A DNA stretch of 64,000 nt from Candidatus Micrarchaeia archaeon (GCA_038870455.1 JAWCPB010000001.1:3734-67733); one strand, 5' to 3'; counted from the first letter of the stretch, positions 17,641 to 27,900 are shown. The notes: generated from the letters alone by a model not told the origin. Made by a program: numbers and translations.

Positions 17641-17993
17641 GATTTTATATGCGAAAAGCTTTTATTTAACCTTCATGCCTCCTTTTTCTGGTGTGGGGTT
17701 TGCGCGTCAATCTTTTTCAGCGTCAGCCGATTCCAGCCTGGCCGCTGGTCCGATGGGAAAAGGCTGGCGAGGCATGGGATGCCAGCACGCGGCCGGGCGG
17801 AGTTCCTTTCGCCCGCGTGAGCAAAGCCTTCGTCTGTGTGCTTGGTAAAACCGGGGGAGTCGTCGCCTCGTTCATCGACAATGCGCTCTCACTTTCGATA
17901 GATGCTCCTTTTCTGGCCTTCAACGAGCTTTGTCACCTGCGCGTGGCGAAAGCGCACACCAAAAGCGAGCTTCTGCTGCGGGAAGAGGGCTCG

Positions 17994-18248
17994 ATGTACG
18001 GGCAGACAATCAAAATCTGTGCGGATGCCGCTGAACGCGTTTTCAAGAAACTATGGAAGAGCGCGCCCCGGCAGGCTCGCGTCGTCCTGTCCGCGTGGCT
18101 GGACAGGATAGAGCGCCTGAAAGAATGCATTCCGGAAGCCGTAATGCCGAAGTACGACGGGTTTGAAGTGCGTGCGCGCATGGGGCGCGCACTGCCCGCG
18201 AAAGACTTCGCACGCATTCCGCCCTTGCTCGAGCCTTTTGGCGGCTAA
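17994..18248 (+). CDS. hypothetical protein (weak)
   Basis: In-frame ATG inside the GTG-started ORF 17691-18248. No recognisable domain. Convergent 4-nt overlap with ftsZ. Confidence 0.25.
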   Translation: MYGQTIKICADAAERVFKKLWKSAPRQARVVLSAWLDRIERLKECIPEAVMPKYDGFEVRARMGRALPAKDFARIPPLLEPFGG

Positions 18249-19318
18249 ATGTAGTTGATGTCCTCAAGGCCCAGCACGAGCTTCGCGTCCTGCTGCCTCT
18301 CGAGCGGCTTTCCGAGAATCTGCGGCGATGTTATGCCGGTCATTATCGCGGTGACGACGACCTGGTCCTCGAGCTCCGGCGACAGCCTCGCCCCCCAGAT
18401 GACATTGGCGTTCTCGTCGAAAGCCTCGGTCAGCTTCTCCCCTATCGTTGTCGCTTCGCCGAGAGTCAGCGTGGGCGAGCCGGCTATGTGAATGAGCGCG
18501 CCCTTGGCCCCCGTGTAATCCACGTCGAGAAGCGGGTTGGTGAGCGTGCTCTTGACGGCCTTCTCCACCTTGTCGGTTCCCTTTCCCTCCCCGACCGCGA
18601 TCATGGCCACGCCCGCGTTGTTCATGATCGCCTTTACATCCGCGAAGTCGATGTTCACGAGGCTCGGCAGCGTGATGGTGTCGCTTATTCCCTTGACGGC
18701 CTTGGCGACGATCTCGTCCGCGATCTGGAAGGCCTGGTTCATGGGCAGGTTCGGCACGTAGCTGACGAGGCGGTTGTTGTCTATGATGACCACCGTGTCG
18801 CAGATTTTCTTGAGCTGGTCTATTCCCCAGTAGGCCTTTTCTATCCTCGCCCTCTCGAGGCTGAACGGAAAGGTCACCATGGCCACGACAATCGCTCCCT
18901 GTTCCTTCGCCACTTCAGCGATGACCGGTCCGGCGCCCGTGCCCGTTCCCCCGCCCATTCCCGCGCTGAGGAACACGAGCTCGCTGCCAGCCAGCACTTC
19001 CCTCAGACTGTCCCTGCTCGCTTCCGCACACTTCTGCGCTACTTCGGGGAATCCGCCGGCTCCCAGCCCGCGCGTGATGGACTGGCCGATGAGCACTCTC
19101 CTGCTCGCCTCGACAATACGCAGGTGCGTGGCGTCCGTGTTTATCGCAACCGTGTCCGCGCTGCGTATGCCCATTTTCGTGAGGCGGTTTACCGTGTTGC
19201 AACCCGCCCCTCCCACGCCAACCACAGCAATTCTTATCCTGTCGGACGAGGTTGAGGCCTCGGGCTGGGGCTGCCCGCTTCCAAGAACCGAGTTAATCAA
19301 ACTCTCCACTGCCACCAC
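18245..19318 (-). CDS. ftsZ: cell division GTPase FtsZ (paralog A)
   Basis: Tubulin signature GGGTGTG, AVVGVGGAGCN, N-terminal GTPase and C-terminal domains. 357 aa. Confidence 0.95.
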   Translation of the reverse strand: MVAVESLINSVLGSGQPQPEASTSSDRIRIAVVGVGGAGCNTVNRLTKMGIRSADTVAINTDATHLRIVEASRRVLIGQSITRGLGAGGFPEVAQKCAEASRDSLREVLAGSELVFLSAGMGGGTGTGAGPVIAEVAKEQGAIVVAMVTFPFSLERARIEKAYWGIDQLKKICDTVVIIDNNRLVSYVPNLPMNQAFQIADEIVAKAVKGISDTITLPSLVNIDFADVKAIMNNAGVAMIAVGEGKGTDKVEKAVKSTLTNPLLDVDYTGAKGALIHIAGSPTLTLGEATTIGEKLTEAFDENANVIWGARLSPELEDQVVVTAIMTGITSPQILGKPLERQQDAKLVLGLEDINYI

Positions 19319-19378
19319 CTGCCTCGGGGAAATTCCCCCTCTTCCGGTCGCCTGTAAGGCGAAGCGGCTTTTCCCGCC

Positions 19379-20449
19379 TCACCCGATTATCTCAATGTCG
19401 CCGTACGCCACTTCCTTTGGCTTGTCCTCGAACGGCTTGCCGAGCACGCTCGCGCCCTTCACGCCCGTGACTATGGCGACTATCTCTATCTTCCCGTCAT
19501 AGCCTGGTATGAGGCGCGCTCCCCACTTGACGTTCGCCTTGGGATCCATTCTCTCAGTGATTATCTCGCCTGCCTTTATCGCGTCGCCGAGCGTGAGGTC
19601 GCTTCCCCCGCTTATGTGGATGATCGCCCCGCTCGCACCCTCGAAATCAACGTCAAGCAGGCGGTTCTTAAGCACTCCCTCCGAGGCTCCGGCCACCTTG
19701 TCGGTTCCCTTTCCCTCCCCGACCGCGATGAATCCGACTCCCCCTCCGCCCATGATCGCCCTCACGTCGGCGAAGTCGATGTTGATGAGGCTCGGCTGGG
19801 TGATTGTCCAGACCAAGCCGCCGATGGCCTTGGCGAGAATCTCGTCGGCCACCGAGAAAGCGTCGTTCATGGGCAGGTTGGGCACAAGCTGCACCAGCCT
19901 GTTGTTGTCGAGCACTATGCACGAATCCACCACTTTCCTGAGATTGGTTATTCCCTCGTCGGCCTTGACTCTCCTCGCCCTCTCGAGGCTGAACGGGTAA
20001 GTCACCATGGCCACGACAATCGCTCCCTGTTCCTTGGCGATCTGGGCGACGATCGGTGCCGCGCCCGTGCCCGTTCCCCCGCCCATTCCCGCGCACACAA
20101 ACACGAGGTGTGCATTGGAAAGCTCTTTCTCCAAAAGGTGCCTGTCGACCTCGGCCGCCTTCGCCCCGGTTTCGGGATAGCCCCCGGCTCCCAGCCCGCG
20201 CGTGATGGACTGGCCGATGAGCAACTTCTTGGCCGCCTCATTCACCACGCTCAGGTGCTGCCTGTCCGTATTTATGGCCAACAGCTCGCACCCTTTCACG
20301 CCCGCCCTCACTAGCCGGTTGATGGTGTTGTTTCCAGCACCGCCCACGCCGGCGACCACTATCTTTATGCTCTCGGAGCCAAAGTTTTCCTGAGCTGGCC
20401 CCTGCTCTCCCATAACGCTTTTTATCAAACTCTCCATACTGATCGCCAC
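19379..20449 (-). CDS. ftsZ: cell division GTPase FtsZ (paralog B)
   Basis: GGGTGTGAAP, VAGVGGAGNN. 356 aa. About 55% identical to paralog A by eye. TATA TATTTAAATA at 20468-77. Confidence 0.95.
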   Translation of the reverse strand: MAISMESLIKSVMGEQGPAQENFGSESIKIVVAGVGGAGNNTINRLVRAGVKGCELLAINTDRQHLSVVNEAAKKLLIGQSITRGLGAGGYPETGAKAAEVDRHLLEKELSNAHLVFVCAGMGGGTGTGAAPIVAQIAKEQGAIVVAMVTYPFSLERARRVKADEGITNLRKVVDSCIVLDNNRLVQLVPNLPMNDAFSVADEILAKAIGGLVWTITQPSLINIDFADVRAIMGGGGVGFIAVGEGKGTDKVAGASEGVLKNRLLDVDFEGASGAIIHISGGSDLTLGDAIKAGEIITERMDPKANVKWGARLIPGYDGKIEIVAIVTGVKGASVLGKPFEDKPKEVAYGDIEIIG

Positions 20450-20467
20450 GCCATCTTGATAATGCGG

Positions 20468-20477
20468 TATTTAAATA
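20468..20477 (-). promoter_or_regulatory. TATA box for ftsZ paralog B
   Basis: TATTTAAATA lies 19-28 nt upstream of the ATG at 20449. Confidence 0.5.
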
Positions 20478-20546
20478 CTTTTCGCTCGCCTCTCGGACGC
20501 GCGTGCGCGTGTGCAGCTATAAAAATTGTGCTGCGCAAACCGCCTC

Positions 20547-20906
20547 ATGGCAGCGGAAAAAAATCCTGCGAAAAAATCTTCCGGAAAAATTTCTGAGAAA
20601 GACGTGCTCGGCGCGCTGAAGGCAGTTATCGACCCCGAGATAGGCATTGACATCGTGGATCTGGGCCTCGTGTACGAAATTAAGATAGACGCGGAAAACA
20701 GCGTGCATGTGAAGATGACTCTCACCACTCCCTTCTGCCCGCTGGGACCCATGATTCTCAACAACGCAGAGCGCGCCGTGCAGGGAATCAAGGGCGTGAA
20801 GAGCGCGAAAGTCGAGCTCGTGTTCGAGCCGCCTTGGACTCCGGACAGAATGAGCACGGAAGCAAAAAAATCGCTTGGCTTCACGCAGCCCGCGCAGACC
20901 CCTTAA
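20547..20906 (+). CDS. DUF59/MIP18-family Fe-S cluster assembly protein (SufT-like)
   Basis: Conserved DPEIGIDIVDLGLVY...TTPFCP motif. ATG at 20547 with TATAAAAA ~23 nt upstream. The ORF-track TTG start is 21 nt further up. Confidence 0.8.
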   Translation: MAAEKNPAKKSSGKISEKDVLGALKAVIDPEIGIDIVDLGLVYEIKIDAENSVHVKMTLTTPFCPLGPMILNNAERAVQGIKGVKSAKVELVFEPPWTPDRMSTEAKKSLGFTQPAQTP

Positions 20907-22213
20907 GTCACTCCAATCTTCGCCATCGCGTTTCTCGGGTTCTCGTAGTAGGCCTGCGTGAATTCGCTGAGCTGCTTTATCTCGCGGATGCCCGCCCTGG
21001 CGAGCGCGCGCAGCACCTTCACGCGCAGCGCAAGCTCGTCCATGACTTCCTTGGGCGAAATGCCCGCCGCGGACGCCAGGCGGTCCCTGTAAATCACGCT
21101 GGGATGTACATTCACCATGCTGCCCGTGTGCGGGTCGAAGGAGCACAGGTCGCTGAGGAGAACTTTCTTCTCAATCCCCCCCGTCTCGGTCACCTGCCCG
21201 ACCACTCGCCTCAGCCTGCCATTCACCCAATAGTGCCGCGTGACGATGAAAACATCGATGAGCGGAATGACCTCGGTCGGGACGCTCATGGGAACGTTTT
21301 CAAGGCGCATGACGGCCTCCCTCGCGCTGTTGGCGTGCAGCGTGCCCATGCAGATTTTTCCTATGTTCATGGCGGTCATGAGGTCGTTGGCCTCGTTTCC
21401 CCGCACTTCGCCGACGATTATCCTGTTTGGGTGCATGCGCATGCTGTTTTTGACGAGGTCCTGCATGGTCAGCTCCTCGGTCGTCTCGAGCCGAGCGGTG
21501 TTCTCGTTCGCCTCGGTGTTCAGCTCGAGCGTGTCCTCGATGACCACGATCCTCTCGTTGGCGGGAAAGAAGGAAAACAGGGCGTTGAGCATCGTCGTCT
21601 TGCCAGAGCCGGGCATTCCCGCGATGAGTATGTTGGCCGGCTTTATGCGCAGCCCGTCCGCGTACAGCCAGAACTGCGCGGCCAGCTCAACGCTCATGGT
21701 GTTGTTTTCGACCAGGTCGATGAGCGAGAGGGGCCTCTTGTTGAACTTCCTGATTGTAATCTGCGGCCCGAAGGGCGAGGCTATGACGTTCGCCCTGCTT
21801 CCCTCCGGCAGGTGGAAGTTGTTTATGTCGTTCAGCCTGTCTTTTCCTGAGAGCACGAGCAGGCGCTTTACAAACAGGTTGAGCTGTTCGAGTGTTCTGA
21901 ATTTCCTGTCGGTCTTGACCATGCCTTCTTTCGTGGAGAACGTGTAGATGGGCTTGAGGCCGTTTATCATTATGTCCTCAATCTCCTCCCTTCTCATCAG
22001 GTCGTCGAGCTCCCCGTAGCTCAGCACGTTCCGGATGAGCGCGTTCTTCTTCTCCTCGCTGATTTTTCCATAAACTTCCCTGACGGCCTCGCCGACGATT
22101 CTCTCCTGCTCCTCCCTCGTCTGCACGAAGGAAAGCCTTCCCACGAGCTTTTCGAGCAGCCTCTCTTCCTTCTCCTCTTCCTCGGTTTTGCTTGTTTCAA
22201 TCTCGAGCTTCAT
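20903..22213 (-). CDS. GspE/VirB11/FlaI-family secretion ATPase (type II/IV secretion system protein E-like)
   Basis: Walker A IAGMPGSGKTTMLNAL. Asp box ERIVVIEDTLEL, Walker B and His box region (RIIVGEVRG, GTLHAN). 436 aa, shorter than archaellum FlaI. 22 nt downstream of the last membrane paralog on the same strand. Confidence 0.88.
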   Translation of the reverse strand: MKLEIETSKTEEEEKEERLLEKLVGRLSFVQTREEQERIVGEAVREVYGKISEEKKNALIRNVLSYGELDDLMRREEIEDIMINGLKPIYTFSTKEGMVKTDRKFRTLEQLNLFVKRLLVLSGKDRLNDINNFHLPEGSRANVIASPFGPQITIRKFNKRPLSLIDLVENNTMSVELAAQFWLYADGLRIKPANILIAGMPGSGKTTMLNALFSFFPANERIVVIEDTLELNTEANENTARLETTEELTMQDLVKNSMRMHPNRIIVGEVRGNEANDLMTAMNIGKICMGTLHANSAREAVMRLENVPMSVPTEVIPLIDVFIVTRHYWVNGRLRRVVGQVTETGGIEKKVLLSDLCSFDPHTGSMVNVHPSVIYRDRLASAAGISPKEVMDELALRVKVLRALARAGIREIKQLSEFTQAYYENPRNAMAKIGVT

Positions 22214-22234
22214 GCGACTCTCCTCGCGTGCAGT

Positions 22235-23263
22235 CTATATTAATCTAATCAGCCCCTGGGCGATCTCGGCGACGTTCGCGCCCAGCAGGTCGGATAGCTG
22301 CTTCACCGCAGTGAATGTTACGGTCAGCGCCATGAGTGGGTATATGTAGGCTTCCATGAACATGAAGGGGATGAGCCTGCCCACAGTGGTAAGGTAGGCT
22401 ATTATTCCAGTGTTTTTTACCTTCCATATAAAACTCAGCTGCGCGATGCCTTCCTGCGTTGCACACTGCTCCCTCAGCGCCTCCACATTGTACTCCACGC
22501 AGCTCAGCAGGTCGTGCTGGGCCGCCACCGATAATATGAGCGCATAGCTGAAGGGATACACCAGATACATGCCGATGGCCAGCCCCATGAGGAAGGCGCC
22601 CGCCCCCCTTGTGTAAGGCAGCACGCGCAGCACAACGCCGAGGGGCAGGAATATCGTAAACATGGTGTCCGCGACAAAGTTGAGAAGTTGCCTCTGGAAA
22701 TAGTTAGCGATGAGCAACCACGTCGAAAGCTGGGCTATCTGATGGGCAATGTTGGAAGGATAGGAGAAGGGCCAGCCCGTGACGGTGTGCACGCCATAGC
22801 TCGACAGCGTCACACTCGCCATTGTATCCACGACCAGCGCAATGCGCAGCGCCGTGACATAATAACGCCTGAGGCAGTCCAGCGTGCTGTTGAGATAAAA
22901 GTGGGTGAGGCTGAACGGATTGTCGGGTTGGATGACTCCCGGGGGTATGACCGACAACACTGGGTTATTGACAGCCAGCTCGCGCGTAGTGTTTGCCACG
23001 CCGGTGGAGATGAGGCCGGTGAAGGCGATGAGGCCGAACACGAGCATGGCGCTGGCCATCGCCTGCAGGAATTCACTCCGCGCCCACTTTTTTGCTTCGG
23101 GCAGGTCAAAGATGACTGAGACCATGTAGGCGAGCGCCACAAGAAATATGGATGTGAGCACAGCCAGCGCGGCGGCCTGCTGCCACACCAGCCCGGCCCC
23201 AGTCGTCCAGGCCGTCGTGACCGCAGCCTGCGTTGCCTGCCCGAAATCCGCCTGCAACATCAT
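22235..23263 (-). CDS. paralogous polytopic membrane protein P1 (unknown family)
   Basis: Multiple TM helices. Shared motifs WARSEFLQ, FLPLGVVLRVLPYTRGAGAFLMGLAIGMYLVYP, and C-terminal LGANVAEIAQGLIRLI. Confidence 0.7.
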   Translation of the reverse strand: MMLQADFGQATQAAVTTAWTTGAGLVWQQAAALAVLTSIFLVALAYMVSVIFDLPEAKKWARSEFLQAMASAMLVFGLIAFTGLISTGVANTTRELAVNNPVLSVIPPGVIQPDNPFSLTHFYLNSTLDCLRRYYVTALRIALVVDTMASVTLSSYGVHTVTGWPFSYPSNIAHQIAQLSTWLLIANYFQRQLLNFVADTMFTIFLPLGVVLRVLPYTRGAGAFLMGLAIGMYLVYPFSYALILSVAAQHDLLSCVEYNVEALREQCATQEGIAQLSFIWKVKNTGIIAYLTTVGRLIPFMFMEAYIYPLMALTVTFTAVKQLSDLLGANVAEIAQGLIRLI

Positions 23264-24678
23264 ATCATCCTCGTGAGGTTGGACACATCCACCTCCTCCC
23301 CAAAGAACCGCGAGAGGTCGCGCGCGATGGTTACAAGCAGGATGAAATTAAAAGCCGGCAGCAGAATGGCCCCAATGAGAATATAAGAGGCCACCCGGAT
23401 AAGCCCAAAGATCGCGTATGTGCCGCCCACCAGCGCCAGCAGCGTGCCGCCCAGCGCGCCCTTGAGCAAAGCCATTCCACCCAGCCTGCCTATCGCCGTC
23501 ATCGATGTCAGCACGGGCGCCAGGTAGGCTACAAGGACTGCCCATACCGTATGCCCAATAATGGCGAGCATTCCCAGCGCGTCCTCTTCGCTCACCGACC
23601 AAGCAGACCGAGGCACCTTGCAGGACGTGCACACGCCGCCCTCACATTCTCCTGAGAAACAATCGCTGCCCGCGTCACATGCATCGCCAGGATAGCCGAG
23701 CTCAAGACATCTGTTCGGCTGGTTTGGGTCGAACCTTCCAGAACAGCACTCCTGCGCCGTGCTGGCTTCTCCCGCAAAAATACATGGGGGGCAACTCCCA
23801 TCTGCATCGCATGTCAGGCCACCACAGCACTCGGTCGTCGAGTAGGGCCTGCACCTGTACTGGGAGGAGAGGGCGCCCATCACGTCATTTGTGGCATCGG
23901 CAATCGCCAGCATGTTTATTCCGAGCAGGATTGGATAGAACACGAACAGCGCCACGGCAATACCCATGAGCGCGCCACCGAATCCGCGCGTGAAGCTGAA
24001 GCACCTCAGCACAACACCCACGGGCAGCACGATGTTGAACATGGATACGAGGATGAACTTGAGTATCTCGGCCTGCACGAGGTTGGTTATCCAGGCGATT
24101 GTAAAGGACTGCAGCATGAGGTTGAGCCCGCTCTCGAGCGCCGAGAGCCCGGCCATGGGCTGGACGCTGACGCCATATCCGCCGGGCTGCATGCCGCTCG
24201 CATAGCTCGTGGCGATTGCCACGCGCCACTGCAGCACAAAGGCGTGCAACCATCCAGTTATTATTTTTTCATTCAGCCACCTCACATACTCAAAGGCATA
24301 GTCATACAGGTTCGGCGTTGTGCCGGCGGGCATGCCGACGAGGTTTGGGTCGAATCCGAAAAGCGCCGGAAAGCTCGGGCTGCACAGCACGCCCACGGCC
24401 AGCACGAGGTTGGCCACGATGACCAGGCTCGCCGCCGTTTGGTAAAACTCGTTCTTCGCCCACGTCGCCGCGCCCGCGATGCCCAGCACGGTTGCTCCCA
24501 TGTACGCGAGCACAAGGATGAAGAAGGAGAGCAGCGCGCCCAGCGTGGCCCAGCCGGCCCACGAGCCCCAGCTCGCCGTTATGCCGCACGCGTACGCGGC
24601 GCTCGTTGAGATGGGTGGGGATATGCTCACACACCCCGCCAGCGCGAATGCGCCCAGCACAACAAACATCCTGTTCAT
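23260..24678 (-). CDS. paralogous polytopic membrane protein P2 with Cys-rich extracytoplasmic insert
   Basis: Lipobox-like LAGC signal. WAKNEFYQ. VLPVGVVLRCFSFTRGFGGALMGIAVALFVFYP. A ~90-aa insert with 20 Cys (CCGGLTCDADGSCPPC...). C-terminal FGEEVDVSNLTRMI. 4-nt overlap with P1. Confidence 0.7.
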   Translation of the reverse strand: MNRMFVVLGAFALAGCVSISPPISTSAAYACGITASWGSWAGWATLGALLSFFILVLAYMGATVLGIAGAATWAKNEFYQTAASLVIVANLVLAVGVLCSPSFPALFGFDPNLVGMPAGTTPNLYDYAFEYVRWLNEKIITGWLHAFVLQWRVAIATSYASGMQPGGYGVSVQPMAGLSALESGLNLMLQSFTIAWITNLVQAEILKFILVSMFNIVLPVGVVLRCFSFTRGFGGALMGIAVALFVFYPILLGINMLAIADATNDVMGALSSQYRCRPYSTTECCGGLTCDADGSCPPCIFAGEASTAQECCSGRFDPNQPNRCLELGYPGDACDAGSDCFSGECEGGVCTSCKVPRSAWSVSEEDALGMLAIIGHTVWAVLVAYLAPVLTSMTAIGRLGGMALLKGALGGTLLALVGGTYAIFGLIRVASYILIGAILLPAFNFILLVTIARDLSRFFGEEVDVSNLTRMI

Positions 24679-24682
24679 GTCA

Positions 24683-25885
24683 TCACACTATCTTGGAGAG
24701 CGCTTGCAGATTGACGTCGGCTCCCAAAATATTTGCCAGTCCTCTTATCGCCGTGAAGGTGATGAGCAGCTGGAGGGCAGGCATGACAAATCCCAGCACG
24801 ACTGTCATGTAAACAAAATAGCCAATGAGCATGATGAGAATGACGGTCAGCGCAGGAATCAGCTTTCCCGTGGGCAGCAGGAAGAGCAGAAAGAACACCT
24901 CCCCAAGATAGACAAAACCGCTCGGATTGAGCAGTGTGGACACGGCGTTCACCAGATGCTCGCGCATTGGCTCAGTGATTCTCTCAGCCACATCGAGTGC
25001 GGTGCAGCTCGGCGGAAGCGGCGCGCCGAAGCAGTACGCCCTTGCCATGTGCGCCTTCAGAAATTCGAACGACATGATGTATGTGAGCGGCCACACCACA
25101 TAGAACCCCACGGCGATGGCGATGAGCGCGCCGCCCGCGCTGCGCGTGAATGGGAACGTCCGCAAAAGAATCCCGACGGGAAGAAAGATCGGCATCATGG
25201 TGTCACGGACAAACTTGAGAAAAACCTGCTGCCCTATGATGCTGGCCAGCGCGAGTCCCTGCCCATTAAGCACTATGGCGAGCGCATCCAGGATTGGGCG
25301 CAGCGCCACGCCCGGCTGTATGGTTATGCCCACACGCATGGGCGCGATGGAGACGGTCGAGGAGGCGAGCACCCCAAATGCTATGTTCATGCCGTTGAAA
25401 ATGATGTAAAATACTATCACTATCCTTTGCGCGATGGCGAGAAATTGCTCGGCAACCTGGAATGCATCGTTGGCGGATACGGTGAGGCCCGCCGAAACCC
25501 TCTCCAGGTACCATGGCAGGTAAAACAGCGGGACGAAAACCTGATCGATGAAGCTGATTATGACGAACATCGCGCCAACGAAAATCGCGGTGGCGACGAG
25601 CTGGTACAGCTCGTTCTTTGCCCATACAAGCAAGGAGGGCATGCCGAAGCCGAACGCCAGCATGAACATCACAGCGACAACAAAAGACGAGAGCAGCAGG
25701 GCGATCATCGTTGGGCCATACCAGTTCACTCTCGTCTCGCACGTTCCCGTCTCGGTGAGGTAGGTGCCCGGGCAGCATCCACCTGGCCCGGGCGGCGCCC
25801 CCGCGCCCGTGCACCGCTGTATCGTGCCGAGGCAGCCAGACAAGAGTATGAGCCCGACCAGCGCGAGCGCCCACGCCCTCATCAT
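24683..25885 (-). CDS. paralogous polytopic membrane protein P3
   Basis: LLSGC signal. WAKNELYQ. FLPVGILLRTFPFTRSAGGALIAIAVGFYVVWP. C-terminal LGADVNLQALSKIV. Confidence 0.7.
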   Translation of the reverse strand: MMRAWALALVGLILLSGCLGTIQRCTGAGAPPGPGGCCPGTYLTETGTCETRVNWYGPTMIALLLSSFVVAVMFMLAFGFGMPSLLVWAKNELYQLVATAIFVGAMFVIISFIDQVFVPLFYLPWYLERVSAGLTVSANDAFQVAEQFLAIAQRIVIVFYIIFNGMNIAFGVLASSTVSIAPMRVGITIQPGVALRPILDALAIVLNGQGLALASIIGQQVFLKFVRDTMMPIFLPVGILLRTFPFTRSAGGALIAIAVGFYVVWPLTYIMSFEFLKAHMARAYCFGAPLPPSCTALDVAERITEPMREHLVNAVSTLLNPSGFVYLGEVFFLLFLLPTGKLIPALTVILIMLIGYFVYMTVVLGFVMPALQLLITFTAIRGLANILGADVNLQALSKIV

Positions 25886-26955
25886 ATCAACCTCGTTAGC
25901 CCGGCGATCTCAATGTCGCCGCCGAGATTCTGCGAGAGTATCTTCACAAAAGATATCGTGGTGATGAGGCTCACAAACGGCACGAAGGTGGCATAGATAA
26001 GGATTTTGGCCGTTTTCTCAAACACGCCCTCGTCACCGATGAGCCAGCTTCCACCGGTGAGCGTGCCGGTAATGGCATCCCATAGCCCGAAGTTTTCGGG
26101 CTTGTGCGGCACAAGACTCTTGCCCAAACCCGTGCCTTGCGCGCTCGTGTATGCCTCCTCCAACGCGCTCGGGTCGATGATGAGCACGTATGTTTTGGCC
26201 GTGGTGGCGCCCACCACGGCGTGAGCCAGCAGATAGACAATGGGTAGCACGAAATAGACGCCTATGGCCACCGCCATGAGCAGTCCCCCGAGCCTTCGCG
26301 TCATGAAGAACGAGCGCAGCACAATGCCGAGCGCCAGTAGCGTCGGATACAGCGAGAACATCGTCAGATCGAAAAAGACCTCAACGGCCTTCATGACTAT
26401 CATGACCTTGGTGATGAGGTCAAACGTGGTGTTGAGGCTGTCGGTGATGACATGAAAACCTGCGAGCGGGGTGAACATGAAGTTGAGCCACGGTGCAACC
26501 AGCCCCTCCCAGCCCACGGACATCGATGCCAGCATGAGCAGCCATGAGTTCGTGCGCAGGATGAGTTTGTTCATCTCCCTCAGGTTGGAATACATCGCAG
26601 TCGTGTAGTTGCGGGCCAGCAGGATGTGGCATCCAGTTCCCGTGCAGCCCACATCGGCCGCCAGCGCGGCATCCAAGCTCGTCAGCAGCCCGACGAGCGC
26701 GGCCACGATGACGAGGCTGGCGATTGCCTGGTACAGCTCGTTCTTGCCCCACGTCTTGAGGTGAGCGATGTTGAAACCGAAGCCCACCGCATAGGCTAGT
26801 GCTGTCAGCATCAGCATGATGAACGCGAGCGTGAGCGCCTCGGCCCGCCAGTCCCACGGCGTGCCGCCCCACAGCGTGGTGATTGGCTTTCCCCCGAGCG
26901 TCACACAGCCCGACAGCAGGAGCAGGGCAAGCACGGCCACAAGCACTTTTTTCAT
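25882..26955 (-). CDS. paralogous polytopic membrane protein P4
   Basis: LLSGC signal. WGKNELYQ. LGIVLRSFFMTRRLGGLLMAVAIGVYFVLP. C-terminal LGGDIEIAGLTRLI. Confidence 0.7.
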   Translation of the reverse strand: MKKVLVAVLALLLLSGCVTLGGKPITTLWGGTPWDWRAEALTLAFIMLMLTALAYAVGFGFNIAHLKTWGKNELYQAIASLVIVAALVGLLTSLDAALAADVGCTGTGCHILLARNYTTAMYSNLREMNKLILRTNSWLLMLASMSVGWEGLVAPWLNFMFTPLAGFHVITDSLNTTFDLITKVMIVMKAVEVFFDLTMFSLYPTLLALGIVLRSFFMTRRLGGLLMAVAIGVYFVLPIVYLLAHAVVGATTAKTYVLIIDPSALEEAYTSAQGTGLGKSLVPHKPENFGLWDAITGTLTGGSWLIGDEGVFEKTAKILIYATFVPFVSLITTISFVKILSQNLGGDIEIAGLTRLI

Positions 26956-26959
26956 CGCA

Positions 26960-27898
26960 TCATCTACCCAGCTTGTGTATGATGACTTTTACGGTTGCCT
27001 TGATGAATGTAGTGGTGATCACCATGCTCAGCGCGGGCAGGAAGACCGCCTGGGGAATGACATGGCTGATGGTCAGAAACGCCTTGCACTGCCTGCGCGG
27101 ATCAAAATAGCTGAAAATCCCGAAACGGCTCACATCACCCGGGTTGGCAGGCGTGCCCGGATCGAGCGGCACGCTGCACAGCCCGAAGAGTCCCAGCTTT
27201 GCGCTCGGGTCGTTGATGTCGCTCCAGATCACATCGGCGACCATGGCGTTCATCACATAAGTGAGCGGAAACACCACGTAGAAGCCAAAGGCTGCTGCCA
27301 TGAGGAACGCGCCCGCATCCCTGGTGAAGGAGATGCCTCTCAGCAGAATGCCCGCGGGCAGCACGATTTGGAACATGGTGGCCTGGATGAACTGCAACAG
27401 CACCTGCTGCAACAGCAGGCTTGAGAGAAGGGGCCCGAGGATGTTCTCGAGCAAGTTGATGTTGTTGGCAAGTCCCTTTAGCCCGGCGAGCGGCGCATAG
27501 CTGAATCCCCACGCCGTGGGTCCTATCTGCACCGCGTACTGCCCGATGACATTCGCTTCGTACGCCAACGCAAACAGCTCCATCATGGTGGGCACGGCCT
27601 GCGTCCACACCAGCTCGGTGAGATACTTGTCCGCTATGTCAAACGGATTGCCTCCGGCGAGCTGCAGCGAGAGCTGGCAGGCCAGGCTCGAGAAAAACGC
27701 CGCGTTGGCCAGCAGGAAAAGCGTCAGAAGGACTTGGAAGAACTCCTCCTTCGCCCACGCCTGCCAGCCGGGCCTTGCAAACAGCGGGGCCACCATGTAC
27801 ACCCCGCCGACAAACATGAACACGATGAGCATGGCTACGGCAACGGTGTCGCCAATTCCCGGCAGGGGAGCGCAATACGAGAGAGTTGCGGCAGGCAT
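26960..27898 (-). CDS. paralogous polytopic membrane protein P5
   Basis: The start was reset to the internal ATG (MPAATLSY...), 2 nt after the P6 stop. WAKEEFFQ. VLPAGILLRGISFTRDAGAFLMAAAFGFYVVFP. The C-terminus is divergent. Confidence 0.65.
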   Translation of the reverse strand: MPAATLSYCAPLPGIGDTVAVAMLIVFMFVGGVYMVAPLFARPGWQAWAKEEFFQVLLTLFLLANAAFFSSLACQLSLQLAGGNPFDIADKYLTELVWTQAVPTMMELFALAYEANVIGQYAVQIGPTAWGFSYAPLAGLKGLANNINLLENILGPLLSSLLLQQVLLQFIQATMFQIVLPAGILLRGISFTRDAGAFLMAAAFGFYVVFPLTYVMNAMVADVIWSDINDPSAKLGLFGLCSVPLDPGTPANPGDVSRFGIFSYFDPRRQCKAFLTISHVIPQAVFLPALSMVITTTFIKATVKVIIHKLGR

Positions 27899-27900
27899 GC

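Noticed and set aside
17691-17993. N-terminal 101 codons of ORF 17691-18248 (GTG start, Trp/Arg-rich)
   Set aside because: The composition looks non-coding, and the region is the promoter of the rubredoxin/FTR pair. Only the ATG-initiated 84-aa tail was retained, at low confidence.
20903-22213. Calling the ATPase an archaellum FlaI
   Set aside because: No flaB/archaellin, flaH, flaJ or flaG/F genes are adjacent. The protein is ~100 aa shorter than typical FlaI. The generic GspE/VirB11-family label is safer.
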